Both the position numbers and the translations under genes were made by a program. From NCBI GenBank assembly GCA_013115125.1, contig JABANN010000010.1, positions 62,001-126,000 of the forward strand: 64,000 bases of DNA, given 5' to 3'. Origin of the DNA: Perkinsus olseni. Lineage: Eukaryota. Positions 1 through 13,000 of this stretch are shown here, piece after piece. The notes under the pieces were generated by a model that saw only the letters and a list, made by a program, of their open reading frames with translations, made no database searches and was not told the DNA's origin. Every line of letters starts with the position of its first letter. Position 1 is the stretch's first letter.

Positions 1-1892
1 CGAAATCGATCGCTATCAAGACAGAGATGCATTCTTCCGACCAGAATACGTTGAGGTCCAACATGGTCAACCCGATCCCGGAATGTCGAGCCACTTCTCG
101 GAAACTTCCGGCCCAGAATTTAGGACTGTTCCGTGGGCATGTGTCCCCTGTCATGCACCCCTATCCATCGAAATAGATAGCTCTTTTGTCCGGTATGCTG
201 GCCATCCCTCACAGGTTGTTGATCGACAGCGCGTCGTATTGGAAGTTTTCGCGTTGCGAGCGAAAACGGGCGCGGCCGAATGGCAGGTGCGTCGACATGG
301 TCCTCTCGTTGCTCATCCGCTCCGCCCTGGTTGTCAGGTTCGAATAGCACGACTCGCATACATGCGCATAAATATCCCCATACAGAGTCCGAGTCATACT
401 AAAGGGATGCAGGACATGCTTTCGAGATTTGTAGCGCCCTATCATCAGGTGAACCGGAATCTACATACCGCGATCCAAACCGGAGTCCTCGCTGGATGGT
501 CAGGTTCCCGTCTTTCGGGACAACGTAGTGACAGATTTTTCTCAACACACGATGGACGAAACCAACGAGCTACTCAATCGGCAAGAGCGCGAGTGCAAAC
601 GGAAGCTCGAGCAGGTGAGTTTCCAGAGTCAGCGAAAAACAGCCTTCTTGAATCAGTTGAGAATCTCACGGGAGAAGCAGCGCGCCCGGCGGCGAGAGAA
701 GGTTACAATAGCCTTGGTCGGGTACACCAATAGTGGGAAAACAGCCTTGCTCAACAAGCTCACAGGAGCGAACAAGCGCGTTAGAGACTTGCTGTTCCAG
801 ACTACTGGTGATGCTTAGAACAGCTGCACTGATACCCGACACCGCATGGACCCCTAGATACCACCTGGAAGAGGCTGGTCCTCCCATCTGGAGCCAGATG
901 TCTCGTCGTAGATGGAGTTGGATTCATCAGGGACCTGCCTCACTTCCTGTAGTGGGCCTGTCCTGGTGGCTCCCTCACGGTTAATACAGGTTTGATTCAT
1001 TCTATGCAACTATCGAGGAATTGGTGGACTCGGATGTGATACTACACGTCCGCGACATGTCGAGCGAGACTACCGTCGAAGAGGTAACTCGGCGGCCGTC
1101 AACTGTTCAAGTGACAGCCGCAATTGCCGCTCGGTCAGTACGATGCTGTTATACAATCACTCAAGGGTTGTGGCTTCACGGACGAGCATATTCGGAATCG
1201 GTTAGTAGAAGTCTGGAACAAGGTCGACAAGCTTAGTGAAGTCGAGCTGCACGCGTAGGGCCATCGCTCCTTTCGGACCAGCAGTCTTCCCCAGAGCTTT
1301 AGCCGCCCAACACGAGGACGCTGAGGCAAAAGAGCCCATACTGGTGTCGGCTAAGGACGGAACCGGAATCAAGGTAGTATAGCGAGATCACGAGTGGTTC
1401 GTGGTCCGGAAACTGGCATATTCGAGGCAGGGAGGAGCCTCTCGGACACGCACGAGCCTGCGATTCTCTGGCTCCTTGCAGTCAAGAAAATTCGAGGTCA
1501 CTCGCCGTTTCCGATCAGTTGCTAACGGACCTGTTGGATGAGATTGTAAATGCCAGACTACGCACGAAGGTTATAACAGTAGACATGCCGAACGGGGACA
1601 CTAATGCGCGGATGCAGTTTCTCAACGAATACGCGGAGGCGGTGTAGTAACAGTGATCAGCTTCTTGCACGCGGAGACTCAGTTCAGATACGACCATACA
1701 ATGAGAGTGAGCGCCGATGGAAAGACTACGTCAGTCGATGTCCTGATAACGGAGGTTCAAATGGATCGTTATATGGCCAAGTTCCATGGGCAAAGTCGTC
1801 GGATGAGGCTCGAAGCTAACAAGGAGAAGAGAATTTTAGAGGCAGAACGTCGTGTACTGATCGACAGTAGCGAAGACGAGACGAAAGATTGA
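1..1892 (+). CDS. hflX: HflX-family GTPase, multi-exon, 5' end outside window
   Basis: Exon translations: VVDRQRVVLEVFALRAKT (HflX N-domain), G1 IALVGYTNSGKTALLNKLT, DLLFQT(T)DTT spliced across a GT-AG intron, G3 VVDGVGFIRDLP, SDVILHVRD, G4 VWNKVD. Last exon ends at 1892. Confidence 0.85.
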
Positions 1893-2158
1893 TCGCCATG
1901 TTTCTACTGATGTGTTTCTTACCTCTCGTTGTGTTGAAGATATGCCCCAATCGGCGATGGCGAGTAGGTACCGGTTTAATGTGATCAATGCGCAATTCTC
2001 GTGTAATGACTTCGAGGGCGATGGCAATGCGTCGAAGTCACCTCGGGATTACGCAACAGACCCGTCACGACCATACGAATCTCGGCCACTCGGAAACAGC
2101 ATGAATGAAACAATCTATTAAATTAACCGCTTATACTCTAACACAAATAAGAATTTGA

Positions 2159-3289
2159 TCAATCAGAGGTATCAGAATGAAACCCAAATAGCAACTTAGT
2201 ACCAATATCCTCATTCTCCTCATCCCGCGGTTTCACGTTATTACCAGCATACCATAAAGTATCCGACACCTTGGCAATTGGATCGCCTTCGCCTTCAGCT
2301 CCGTAGAGAGCGTTCCGCTTCTGCCGCTTATGCTCTAGTCTGCGCGCCTTTCGCCCTTCGCCCGCACCAAGTTGCTTACGTTGTGGCACTCGACTCTCCA
2401 AAACCTCACCCCACGCTCCACTCCCCTTTTCCAGGATCTCCAACAGTATTTCCACCACAGTGTTGATGTTCAATACCGGTAAGGTTACATGGGGTAGATA
2501 CTCACGGACGGGCAATTTTCGCATAACTATGCTGCCTCCTGCAGCCGGTGCAGGGCTCAGCCTATTGGCTTGACTGAAAGTCTCGTTCTTGGCAATGGTG
2601 CGATCGACAAGACCCCCTATTACATAAACCTTGTCCTTCTCAACAGTCTCCAGGTCTTCCGCAGCATCCGGAGTCAGCACCACAATATTGCGGCCGGAAA
2701 ATGTATCCCAGTAAGGGCCCTTGTCGATGTGAACCTTCCAGTTCTCATATCCCTGGGGTTCCAACCGAGTCTCCAAGGCAGAGTCGACGCCAACCAAGTG
2801 GAACTGTACACAGGACTTCTCCGAGCGTTTGAGTGTATTATAGGCCAGCTGCAATTGTTTTGCCAAGGACGTTATCTCCTTGTCCTGCATCTGGTCAGTG
2901 AAGCCACAGTTGAAGGCGACGATAGGATTGCCGCTGTCATAGCAAGCTTGCATGTGAGCTTCTATCCGCTCCTTCGCAGCGATGCGCTCGGCCTTTCCCG
3001 CATCAGCCCGTTCTTGAATTTCCTCAGCGCTCAATCCTGCAAGTTCTTCTCGACGCTCTTCTCGTCGTCGCTCCTTGACAGCCTTCCTTTTTATCTTACG
3101 AATTTCTTTTCGCTGTTCCCTCTGAGCCTCCTTCCTCTCACGCTTCTTCTGCGACTTCGGCTTCCGCGTAAAGGACGATGTACTGGCGTCCATGGACTCG
3201 TTACTCGACATTTCGATGTCAGCGGATGGTGTTGGTGAGGCTTCGGCGTGGCTGCTCGGCGATGAGCACCGCGCTGGTTGGATGGACAT
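2159..3289 (-). CDS. TRM10: tRNA (guanine-N1)-methyltransferase TRM10 family (SPOUT), single exon
   Basis: 376-aa ORF with a K/R/E-rich N-terminus, then motifs EITSLAKQL, IVVLTPDA, VYVIGGLVDR, KLPV, VLNINTVVEIL typical of Trm10/TRMT10A. Confidence 0.9.
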   Translation of the reverse strand: MSIQPARCSSPSSHAEASPTPSADIEMSSNESMDASTSSFTRKPKSQKKRERKEAQREQRKEIRKIKRKAVKERRREERREELAGLSAEEIQERADAGKAERIAAKERIEAHMQACYDSGNPIVAFNCGFTDQMQDKEITSLAKQLQLAYNTLKRSEKSCVQFHLVGVDSALETRLEPQGYENWKVHIDKGPYWDTFSGRNIVVLTPDAAEDLETVEKDKVYVIGGLVDRTIAKNETFSQANRLSPAPAAGGSIVMRKLPVREYLPHVTLPVLNINTVVEILLEILEKGSGAWGEVLESRVPQRKQLGAGEGRKARRLEHKRQKRNALYGAEGEGDPIAKVSDTLWYAGNNVKPRDEENEDIGTKLLFGFHSDTSD

Positions 3290-3840
3290 TTGGAAATGGC
3301 CTCCACGAGACTGTCGACAAGGGGACGTTCCATCAGGTCAATTCACGAGACCCTGATCCACCGGTTATGCTGCGGCGACGGAACAGACGGACAAGTTTCC
3401 TTCAACCATTTCACGGAGTCACAGTATCCAATTCTTATACCGAAAAGCTCGTAAAACTTCGAGCGTGAGAAGCCCCAAAATCGAGATAGTAAAGCTGGTA
3501 AATTCAAGATTTGATAGAAAAACCTAACCCCCGTTCACAGGAAGGACTCCTGAACCGCTTCGAACGGCGTCCAGGCCGGCGTCCACTCATCGGAAGATGG
3601 GGCGAGCGCGATATTTAGTGGCGCAGCGGCCGAGCCAAATAAGGCGAAGTACAAACTTTCCGAGGGCAGATTCCTTCAGCACGTCCCTAGGCCAGATCCC
3701 CGGCGAGCTGAAATCTTTCTTGGCTTTGTGCAGAGTCCCTTGCATTTGCGCTGACGGTGCAGTCACCCACTTTCCAATGCGGAGTGTTGTCTTGGCCGTC
3801 GATGTGACTGTGGTGCCGCCCTGTAGTTATGACAACCATA

Positions 3841-4652
3841 ATGTCTTCTGTTTCACCGTTAACCGAGGAGCAGCTATTAACGCTCCGAAATGATATACTG
3901 CCATATAAGGAGTATACTGAGTACAGCCCTATGCCTGCTAGTGGCGTGGGGGTGCCTTACTGTCCGGTGAGATCCCGATCATACTTGTAGCGCCCACGAT
4001 TATGGTGTCAGATATGTGGTCTACCGCAAGACTTCTGTGAGTTCGGGCCAAGTTGGGACAAGTGCCGCCCGGGTGCGGTCGCGGCATATCCTCAGCTGTA
4101 CCCACAGTACCAAGGCAGCGCTACTGAGGAGGATGGCGGCGAAAAACAGGAAGGGGCCAGCAGTAGCTCCGTTGCTGATGGGAAGTAATGCACGATACGA
4201 CTGGACGGATCTTTCCAGTGAATCCCGCTGATCATTCAAGGGCAATTGTAGTTCGTAATTATGACCATCTTTTTAGGCACGTCGATAGTAGTATCACTTC
4301 GGTCATCACCATCCGAAAGCTTATTCGTAGTAAACGGAAGGTTATCACGAGTGTGAGTGGTCTTGAAGGCTATGGTATCGATATTCAACAAGCATGTAAG
4401 CTTTTCGCGAAGAAGTTCGCGTGTGGGTGCGGCGTCGTTAAGTCGGCTGGTAATAGTGAAGAAATTGAGATACAAGGGGATGTTGAGGAAGATCTCTTCG
4501 ATTTTATACTCGATACTTGGGGTGATAAGATTCCTGATGATGCCATTGCTTTTGGTAATGAGTCGACTAAGAAGGGTAGAAGCAGAAAGGGTGGCAGCCG
4601 TGGTCGCAAGGGTGCCACGATGAAAAGATCTGGTGCTGCACTAGCAGACTGA
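3841..4652 (+). CDS. DENR: Density-regulated protein / TMA22 (SUI1 domain), 3 exons
   Basis: ATG at 3841. Splicing intron 3967-4011 gives the zinc motif VPYCPICGLPQDFCEFGP. After a second intron comes the SUI1 domain RKVITSVSGLE...KLFAKKFACGCGV...EIEIQGD. Confidence 0.88.
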
Positions 4653-5688
4653 GTGTGGCAGGATTGTCAGCTAGAATGCTGACCACGGTGAATCGCATCA
4701 GCAAGGAGTGTGATTGGCAAGTTGCTGATGATTCCTCTGATGAGTCGTTATTGGCAACTGTAATAGTGGCTGACTATGACATAATTTTCCACAGTGATCA
4801 CGCTGTTATGTTTATGCAGTAACTCATTTCTTCTGCCCGAGAGTAGGGAGTAACAGATCTTCGGGAGCGGCTTCGCAGCTACACTCTGCCTTAGTGCGCA
4901 GTTTTGATCCACTCTAAGAGTTTAATCGCGTCCTCAGGGAAGGCAGAACTAAGGGTATTATCATTTCTCACACTGGCTATGACTTCGAGCCTCCTTTGAA
5001 TTCGAGGGGAAAGCGACGATCATCTTGAGCGGGCACTCCTAGCATGATTCGGCCCTCATGTAGCGTTGTTACTGGTTACCGGGTGTTAGCTCTTCACTGC
5101 TCATACACAATAGTTTGGTTGGTGACAAATCTTGCCTATAACGAACACTTTGATACTGATATCTGCGTCGTACGGCGACTCGTGCTATCAAAGACGACAA
5201 GATAACAAGTTATACTTCACTGACTCACCGGCAGTGACGTCACACTATCGTCGAGTAACCTGTTCGCTCGTGGGGACAGTGACGCCTCCTGGGATGTCTG
5301 CTCTGCGAATTTGGTCAGTATGACCGTGTCACTCGCGCAAGGAAAGCTTGAATACTGGAGCAATCACGAAGGAATCGCCGTAACGGCGGTAGTATTTCGA
5401 ATGACATATGCATTTGCATATGCATCTGGGATGGGCTATCTTGCGATAAAGTTCTGATTCAGTGCGTGCGTGCATGCGTTCATACTATGGATCACGCTAT
5501 ATATACCCCTGCACTCCCGTACTGCTTGCGCTTCGTGACCTCTCTTCATTCCGATGCACTATGCCGTGGGAAAATGCAGACCCTCGGTAACATGAGACTG
5601 ATATCTCGGGACTGCGATCCAACTGAGATCTATTGGATGGACTCCATTCTAATTCAAGAGTGACGTTAGGCACTTCGAATCCCATTCT

Positions 5689-6756
5689 ATGGCCTCGTTC
5701 CATTCCACCCTCTTCTGCTTCTTGAGTGTCTTCGCCGGTGCATCGAGTTACAAGCTGGTGAGGCTTGGAATCTCCCGTTTGTATGTGGAGTCACCGCCAG
5801 GCTGGAGAAAACTGGTTGCTAAATTGGAGGTTGACAACGAGGAGGTCTATGCCTTGGTGGACACCGGATCCCCACTCTTGTTCTTCTTATGGAGGCATTC
5901 GTACGGTCCAACCTGCCAAAATCTGCTTTACGGCTGTTATGAATGCAGTCCGAAACCGTGTCAAGCGGGACCCACTAAAACATTCAGCTTCCATGACGAC
6001 ACTGACGTGACAGTCTTCAGGCACCATGGGACGCTCAGTTTGGGCATCTTGAGTGTGAGGGATATTGACTTTGGACTGGTGACAAGATCTACTGGTGTCC
6101 CATGGGCTTCTTTGGGTCTTGGAGTGCAGACCGGCAAGTACCACCCATACACATCTTTGATCAATCAGATGCTTGCCAAACCTAAGTCTCAGCGACTTAT
6201 CGAGAGCACTTCATTTTCGTTGTATCTCACACCTGATGGAATGCGTGGCGAACTCTTACTCGGAGGCCAAGATCCAAGCAAATATGATGGTCCTCTGCAA
6301 TATATCCGAGTGGTCGACAGAGAGGAACATGAGATAAGAGTGCGAGGCTTGATGATAGGTTCTCACCGAACCAGGGTGACTGCGGTTTCGTACCTAGATA
6401 CAGGAACTGACGCCTTGACCTTCCCTACAAGTCTCAAGCAGTCCGTGCTTTATCTCCTGCAGACCGCGGGCCAAACACTCGTGCCTATCTTTGAGCACTC
6501 GGGTACATTCAGGATCGCGTGCAACAACATGGCGTATTTGCCGACGATGACGATTTTCTTGGAGGGATTGCAAGGCGAAGATATCGCCCTCAGACTACCA
6601 CCCAGGAGCTTTGTCGACTTCGACGGAGGCTGCTTCTTGCTCATTCAATTCGAGGACAAAACCGAGGAGTGGACTCTGGGAAACCCTACAGTCATCGGAC
6701 ACTACCACTTCTATGAGTGGGATAAGTCTCGCATCGGTTTAGCCGCTGTACGCTGA
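5689..6756 (+). CDS. Secreted pepsin-like (A1) aspartyl protease, single exon
   Basis: Signal peptide, two catalytic motifs LVDTGSP and YLDTGT, plus FSLYL...GELLLGG and WTLG motifs. Confidence 0.92.
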   Translation: MASFHSTLFCFLSVFAGASSYKLVRLGISRLYVESPPGWRKLVAKLEVDNEEVYALVDTGSPLLFFLWRHSYGPTCQNLLYGCYECSPKPCQAGPTKTFSFHDDTDVTVFRHHGTLSLGILSVRDIDFGLVTRSTGVPWASLGLGVQTGKYHPYTSLINQMLAKPKSQRLIESTSFSLYLTPDGMRGELLLGGQDPSKYDGPLQYIRVVDREEHEIRVRGLMIGSHRTRVTAVSYLDTGTDALTFPTSLKQSVLYLLQTAGQTLVPIFEHSGTFRIACNNMAYLPTMTIFLEGLQGEDIALRLPPRSFVDFDGGCFLLIQFEDKTEEWTLGNPTVIGHYHFYEWDKSRIGLAAVR

Positions 6757-7312
6757 CTCTATGCTCACCTTGGTTCGGTCTCGGATATCAACATATGGCG
6801 CAACGCGAGCAGTCTTCGAGGTTGTACACTTCTACAAGTTTCATTTGTGTGAAACTTCTAACTTATCTTAATATCATACTACGGTACTTCTACCGCTACA
6901 TAAGAACTTGTGACTCACAAAATGTGAGGTCAAGTTGGCGGTTACGCTTTTCATTATTAATAGATAACGGGAGTTTTCTCGGCTACCCAACGGAATCTTT
7001 CACGAATATCAGAGGATTCGCGTTTATCGATACGGTTGGGCTTGGGGACCTTGGTGTTAAACTCACCGCTAACCAACATAATCCGTTCATAATATCAGTT
7101 CACGGTGAACGCAAAGCTCAAACGACAACGGAAATGTGCAATGACACAGATTATCCTTCCGACTAAAAATGTAAGTCACTGATACGGGGTGTATCGGAGA
7201 TGTCTCGCTGCTCCCGGGGAGGTGACTGTAACTGAAAAGGCAAGTGCTATATCCATCACGAGAAGACGCCGTCGACAAGTGCCGCTATCCGACGATAATA
7301 CCGGTCTTGAAC

Positions 7313-9760
7313 CTAACCTACTCGTTCAGGCTCTTCTTCCAATTCGAATAGGCCTGGAATATGGTACATCTCCAATCCGTGCATTCCTCCTTCTGATCGT
7401 AATCTCATACGTGGTGGATCTGATTCGATAAATGCTCTACCATGCAGTAGCATCGTGAGCTTACCCAATGGAGGTCGCAAAAGCCGCAGAAGCCGGTTCG
7501 ACGGTGATGCGTTCTGTTGACGGATGGACTCCGAAATCTGGGATTGTTCCCCGGCTCGTCGTCTCGGAGGTGTCAAATTCAATGCATCGCATTTAGCTGA
7601 GAGCATCTCTTCCACCGCAGCATCACTGAACTCATCTACGCCCAATTCACTGCCGTCGTCGGTGGACGAAGCACATCGGACAGCTTCAGTCGGGTCGAGC
7701 GACACGATTGCACGGCGATGCTGACAATACCTGCCACCAGCTTGCAATAGTCCGCGATAATGCTCAGGGTGTGCCGCGCACAACGCAGACAATCATCGTC
7801 TGACCAAGGTTGCAGATTCGAGTGCTTTCTCACGAGCCGCGGGTTGCTGGTAGAAAGACCGAGCACAAGACCGTACAACAGCTTCTCGCTGCTGCCAACC
7901 GAGATTCTGTTGAGCAACCCGCCAAACCATCAGACTCGGGCGAACCTACCACTCGATAGAATCTCGAACCGTTGGACAGAGCGGTTGGCTCTCTCCGTCC
8001 CGAGATATGAGCCCCGGATGGTTGGCATCTGCGATGGCTGCGAGTGTCAGTTCCAACCGACGAGTGGCCTCCTCGGCGCGTCGCTCGATGATGCCTAGTC
8101 GTGCTTCGACCTATAGGGAGCGTTCCGATGACGCTGTAATAATCCGAAATGGCACGTGGTAGAGATTAGGTTCAAACTGATTTGCCATGGAATCTGTCTC
8201 TCTGTCCCGAAATCGTCTCCAGTTTGCCCCCGAGAAAGGTCACCATTTATGAAGTGCGAGCGTGGTGTGAACTGGGGCGACGCGGGCGCTTACTATCACA
8301 CATCACTTGCCACTATCAAGCGAAGTCAATGTAAACATAAAACGAGCAGCAAGCTTCTTTACGATACCCTGTGTTATACGTTGGGGAGAGAATGGCTTTA
8401 TTCAATGAGTTGTATCAACGAGCATGCGGGATCCTGCTCACATCAGCAGCACGACCATGCACCGAGGCATGTCGCATCTCCAAGTCTGTCTCCGCCTGAT
8501 TTACTTGACATTGTATCTCGTGCACGAGTCGCTCCGCTGTCGATTGAATCTGAGATGTCTCGTTACAGATCCTGTGCCTTCGGGGGACCCCACCCGTCGG
8601 TGTATGGATTTGAGATTAGCTGTGTAGCCATCGATACGCCGAGTGAGTTCTTCCCTGGCAGAGGAACACTGCTGCTTAACGAGGAGGCATCGGCCACTGA
8701 GGTTGTTGCGCACCTAAGGGAGGTCGGACTCCATTTACGGTGTCTGGCTAGTCACCAACCACTCGGCATCAAAGAGGTCTCAGGAGCTAGTGCCGATGAT
8801 AGCTCATTCTTGCTTCAAAGCGCCCCCGACAAGAATGGATTGTGCCATGTCAACGCCGGTCGCCAATTGCTACTCCCTAATTGTTAAAGACCTATCGAAG
8901 TATCTTGATGCGGCTGCAGCTGGATACGGAGGCGCTTGAGTCGACCGCTAACCAGTCCTACGTCGTCGGTCACAGCGTCCACTATCACGTCGATACCAAC
9001 ATGCTCAGCATGAGCATGCTCCGAAGAGCCTTCACAGCACTCGGCACAGACGAACCGACCCAACTGCTTGCAGAAGTGTGAGCACGCCTGCCTTTCATGC
9101 ACAGAACACATTGCGGCACCCCCGTGAAGAGAAGCTGTGCCAGAAGAGTCTCGCTCGATCGCGGCCAAGAGAGCGAAGTTAGTCCGGACCTTACAAACCA
9201 GCGATGCACACAGCGAGCTTGCGACGGGTCCCACCTCACTGACAAGCATGTTTTGACGGCAATTCGGGCATGTTACTCGCGCATACGGCGGCGGCCGCCA
9301 TGCAGGCTGTTCCCCTGTCCCTCCATTAGAGATACTATCATCTTGGTCCGGAGGACCTTCGACTAGAAATCGAAGGCACCGAGCGCACAGGCTGTGACCA
9401 CAGCGCACCAGTACCTGATAGGATCGGATTGATATACACTGGACAACATCCAGGCGAGCGACACATGATCTACTGACTTGGTAGAACTGAGCTTCCCTCT
9501 ATCCGAGGACCAGGGAACCCGACGGAGGTCTTGTTATTCAACGAACGACTCGCAAGATAGCTCATATTTTGAATTCAGGCACCGTGATGTGTATCATAGT
9601 CACCCAGTCAACAATGCTTGCTTGCACTCTCAACGTTGGGCTAGTACGGGTCCTTTCAGAGTGGATTAGGACAAGCGGTGGTCCACGCAATGCATTTCTC
9701 CTTCGATTCGATCGGACATTCTCGGTTAAGATGAGCACGTGAGCGCTTCTCTGCATACCT
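7313..9760 (-). CDS. RING finger / B-box / coiled-coil protein (putative E3 ligase), multi-exon, ends approximate
   Basis: CGHSLCARCL...CPNCR (RING C-half), NFALL, CSVH...HFCKQLGRFVCAECC...HAEH (B-box2), helical exon at 8501-8713, further minus-strand exons down to ~7313. Confidence 0.65.
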
Positions 9761-10019
9761 TAGGTAGATGAGAGTTCTCATATGAATCATAACGATTGTA
9801 GCATACTGGGCACTCCATCGGCTACGAACTGCCTGACAGCATCAGGGCAACCCTCCTCGACTTGAACGAAATTCGAGCTCGATCATAAAAGTTGCGACAC
9901 AGATAACATCATGGATAAAACAGCACGGGAGAATGAACAATAAATTTGGAAGGACAGAACACTGGAATCCGAGTGAGAGTTGTGCTTCTCAGCCGGGTTG
10001 CAGAAGTTCATGATCACCG

Positions 10020-13000
10020 TTAAGAGTATTCCCGCCAAGCAAGAGCCCTAGCCGCGGGAAAGGGGACATTGTCGCCACCACTGCTCAATCTTCGAATGCC
10101 GACTCCCGCAGTGGTACGTGGACGTACGTCAAATGCGGAGTGGAAAGTTCGCGGAAGATGCTGCCGACAATAGCGCGAGTGAGGATCCGTTTCGATTGGA
10201 CCTGACAAACGAACACCGGATTCCACAGCTGCTGAACGCAGGTCAGGCGAATAAGCTTGATTCGCATACCCCACAGTTTGAGACGACAACGAGGCGAAGA
10301 CGGGCCTACTGGGTAAGCGTCTTCCTCTGGCATCGTAACGGACTGGGCTCGGGCTACGGCTGTGGTGTGGAGAGCTGCTCGAAAATGCGTGAGGGCGCTG
10401 TCTGGCGCCATCTTCTGTGACGGGGCGCCAGTCACAGGCGAGCTCCTTCCCACACGCAAGGCAGCGCCCCGGAGCCGAGCCAGAGGATGCCGTTGACTCA
10501 GCATCAGAGATATCACCTTCTTCAATGACCTGAGCCACGCATGAAGATGATAATAGAGAACGAATGGGGTCAAAGACCGGTACAATACTGGTGTAACTAG
10601 AGTGGTAGGTAGACGGGCCTGTGTTGTGTCAATACGAGCTTGCGGGCAGTTGTCTGCTGAGCTATTTTCCCACAACGAACCACTCACGTTCATTCGAACC
10701 CGGTTCAGATGGCCCCTAGAGGTATCCCAACATTTATCAACCGAGAGATGAGCGTCTTACCCTGGCGGAGTGGATTTCCACAGTCACCGTCAAGTCATGG
10801 TCGCTGTCATCGTCATCACCACCCTGAACAGCTATCAGTGGACCGCTCATAACATTCGTGAGGCAAAGCCTCGGTAGTTCCAGAACGCCGCTGTCGCTGC
10901 ACGCAAATCCGCTCGCCACATAACTCTCATTTCGGATTGGTTGTGCTAAGTCAAGGGAACGACCATTGGAGTAGAGATGTTGGTTGCCAATGCAGCCCAT
11001 ATGACAGAATGAGGCGTAGCGGAAATGCCACGGGGGTTTCAGCAGATGATTCAAGTGTAGAGTTACGGAGCTGGCAATGCTTGTAACAGGAATGATCCTA
11101 CCTCAGATAGCGAGGCAATGGGACAGAAATTGGCCCAAAGCAGACCGTAGCGGCACCACCAGAGGGACTCTTCGAAAACGTCAACTCGAGGTCCCTTCTG
11201 TTGTCTACCGATCGTCACAGACCTGAAGGATACGCTTCATGTCCTACAATGAAACCTAGGCGAGGACACAATGGTGACAACAGCGGTGGAAGATTCGTGT
11301 GGCGCCTCAGTTGAATTGAAATTTCATGATGACCCGAATTACGGCTCATAGAACGGCGCAGGCAAAAGTTGGCATTGGATCCCCGGGAGACGTTTGTCGA
11401 ACACCATTGGCGGTAAGTGTCCCTTTCTCACCATCTGATCTTCGTCCTGTTCGGCACACGTAACTTGATCGCGCACCAACCATCTCGACTCGTGATATCT
11501 CCACAAGGGAATAACTCAACCTGCACTGTTATGGCCAGCATTCGCCCCGCCCTAACGACCGACCGACCTGGGCGAACTCTAGACCCGTGATGTCGTTGAC
11601 TTCCTCAGATAGATACGGCCTCCCCTTCTGATATCTGATCCCACAGGAGAGGGCATCGTTGCCAGTACTGGTCGCGTCGACTGATACTATAGTGGCAAAG
11701 CTCGAACGAATCTCTATTTTGCTGAGAGGCGACACTATTGCAGCATTCCTTTGTGCAACACCGTTCGAGTTGGATTAGGGCGACCAGGGCGAGCTGGGAC
11801 ATAACAGGCTCTCCTTTTTAGGCGAAAGTTAAATGAAACGCGCACCGCTTGTTCCTTGAAAGGCTATCACTTGTAGGCTTCGGCGACGTAACTGCCTGGA
11901 TCAGCGACTCACCTTTCGATCTTATCCGAGATATGAGGGACAGTGAAAGTGAATCGAGAACGCTCTTCGATGGGTTTGACAGAGGCCACACTCGACTGAC
12001 AGAGAGGAAGCTATAAGGCAGTAGAGCGCTGTATCGTAAATCGCACCCTTCGAGTTGCTGCTGACTCAACGCTCGCTCGACGACTAGAGGACCTGCACAA
12101 GCGCACACTATCGAACGGGATGTGGACCACTCTGCGTGACAACTCCGAGGCGATTGTCGGAAAGAGATGCCAAAGTGCCTCAGCCATATCTGCTCGAATT
12201 TCGTCCGCCGAATCCGCTTTGACCGGTAGACCCGGCCTGGGACCACTACGGTTGATGTGGCGGTTGCTTGCACCCCATTTGAGCGACCGTGCATCACGAC
12301 TCGATGCATAAGATGGTGCAACTCACCGCGAGACTCGCAAAGATTGTCGCCGGCTTGGATTCTCCCCCATAGTTTCGTCAAGAGTCGTCGGACAGAGCGC
12401 CGCGTGCACAACTCCTTCTTTCATAAGTCTTTCGCACTCGGCGATCAGTTCATCTGAGCGTTCACGGAGCACAGCATGAGAGCCTTCAATACGCAGTCCG
12501 CGTAGCGCGGAGGCCGGGAATCGACAGAAAAAACCGTAGCGCGTACGGAAGGATCTTTCGACACAACCACAACATGCGGGAGCAAAAAAGAACTTGGAAG
12601 GTGTGAGCGAACTCGAGTGGCTGCCACAGGGCATTGGGCGAGCCAATCAGCTACGATAGGGAACCATGATAAAGCAGGAAGAGCTCACCAATGCGAGCGT
12701 TCTGTTCCGATACTGTCTGAAGGTGCTCCTTCACGAGCGCTTCACTGGAGTGTAAATCCTCGCGAGTTTTCTCCAGCTCCCTCCGGACGTCGCTGATCTG
12801 TCAACGAGGAAGAAGTCAGAACGAAAAAGCATGATGGATAAGATCCACCTCGCGTTGTTGGGCCACAATTTGTTGTCCCTTCTGTTTCAATTGTGCTTTC
12901 AACTGTTTTTCCTTCTCGGCAACCTGGAACCATCGACAACGGGTCTCGGGTTCAACTCCCACAACCAGCACCCAACCTTCGCTTCATAGGCCTTCAGCTT

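Noticed and set aside
2570..3238. Long antisense ORFs (2570-3238, 8156-8887, 15940-16758, 20722-21309, 43965-44531)
   Set aside because: They are shadows of well-supported genes on the opposite strand, with no protein-like motifs.
3516..3530. Telo-box-like GGG(T/C)TAGGTTTTTCT upstream of TRM10/DENR and at 23395-23409 upstream of SF3B2
   Set aside because: Two instances of a 15-mer with one mismatch is within chance, and they are in opposite orientation relative to the genes.
4724..4775. CTGATGA motifs suggesting a hammerhead ribozyme or C/D snoRNA after DENR
   Set aside because: No GAAA core or three-stem arrangement, and no recognisable guide or terminal stem; probably 3' UTR.
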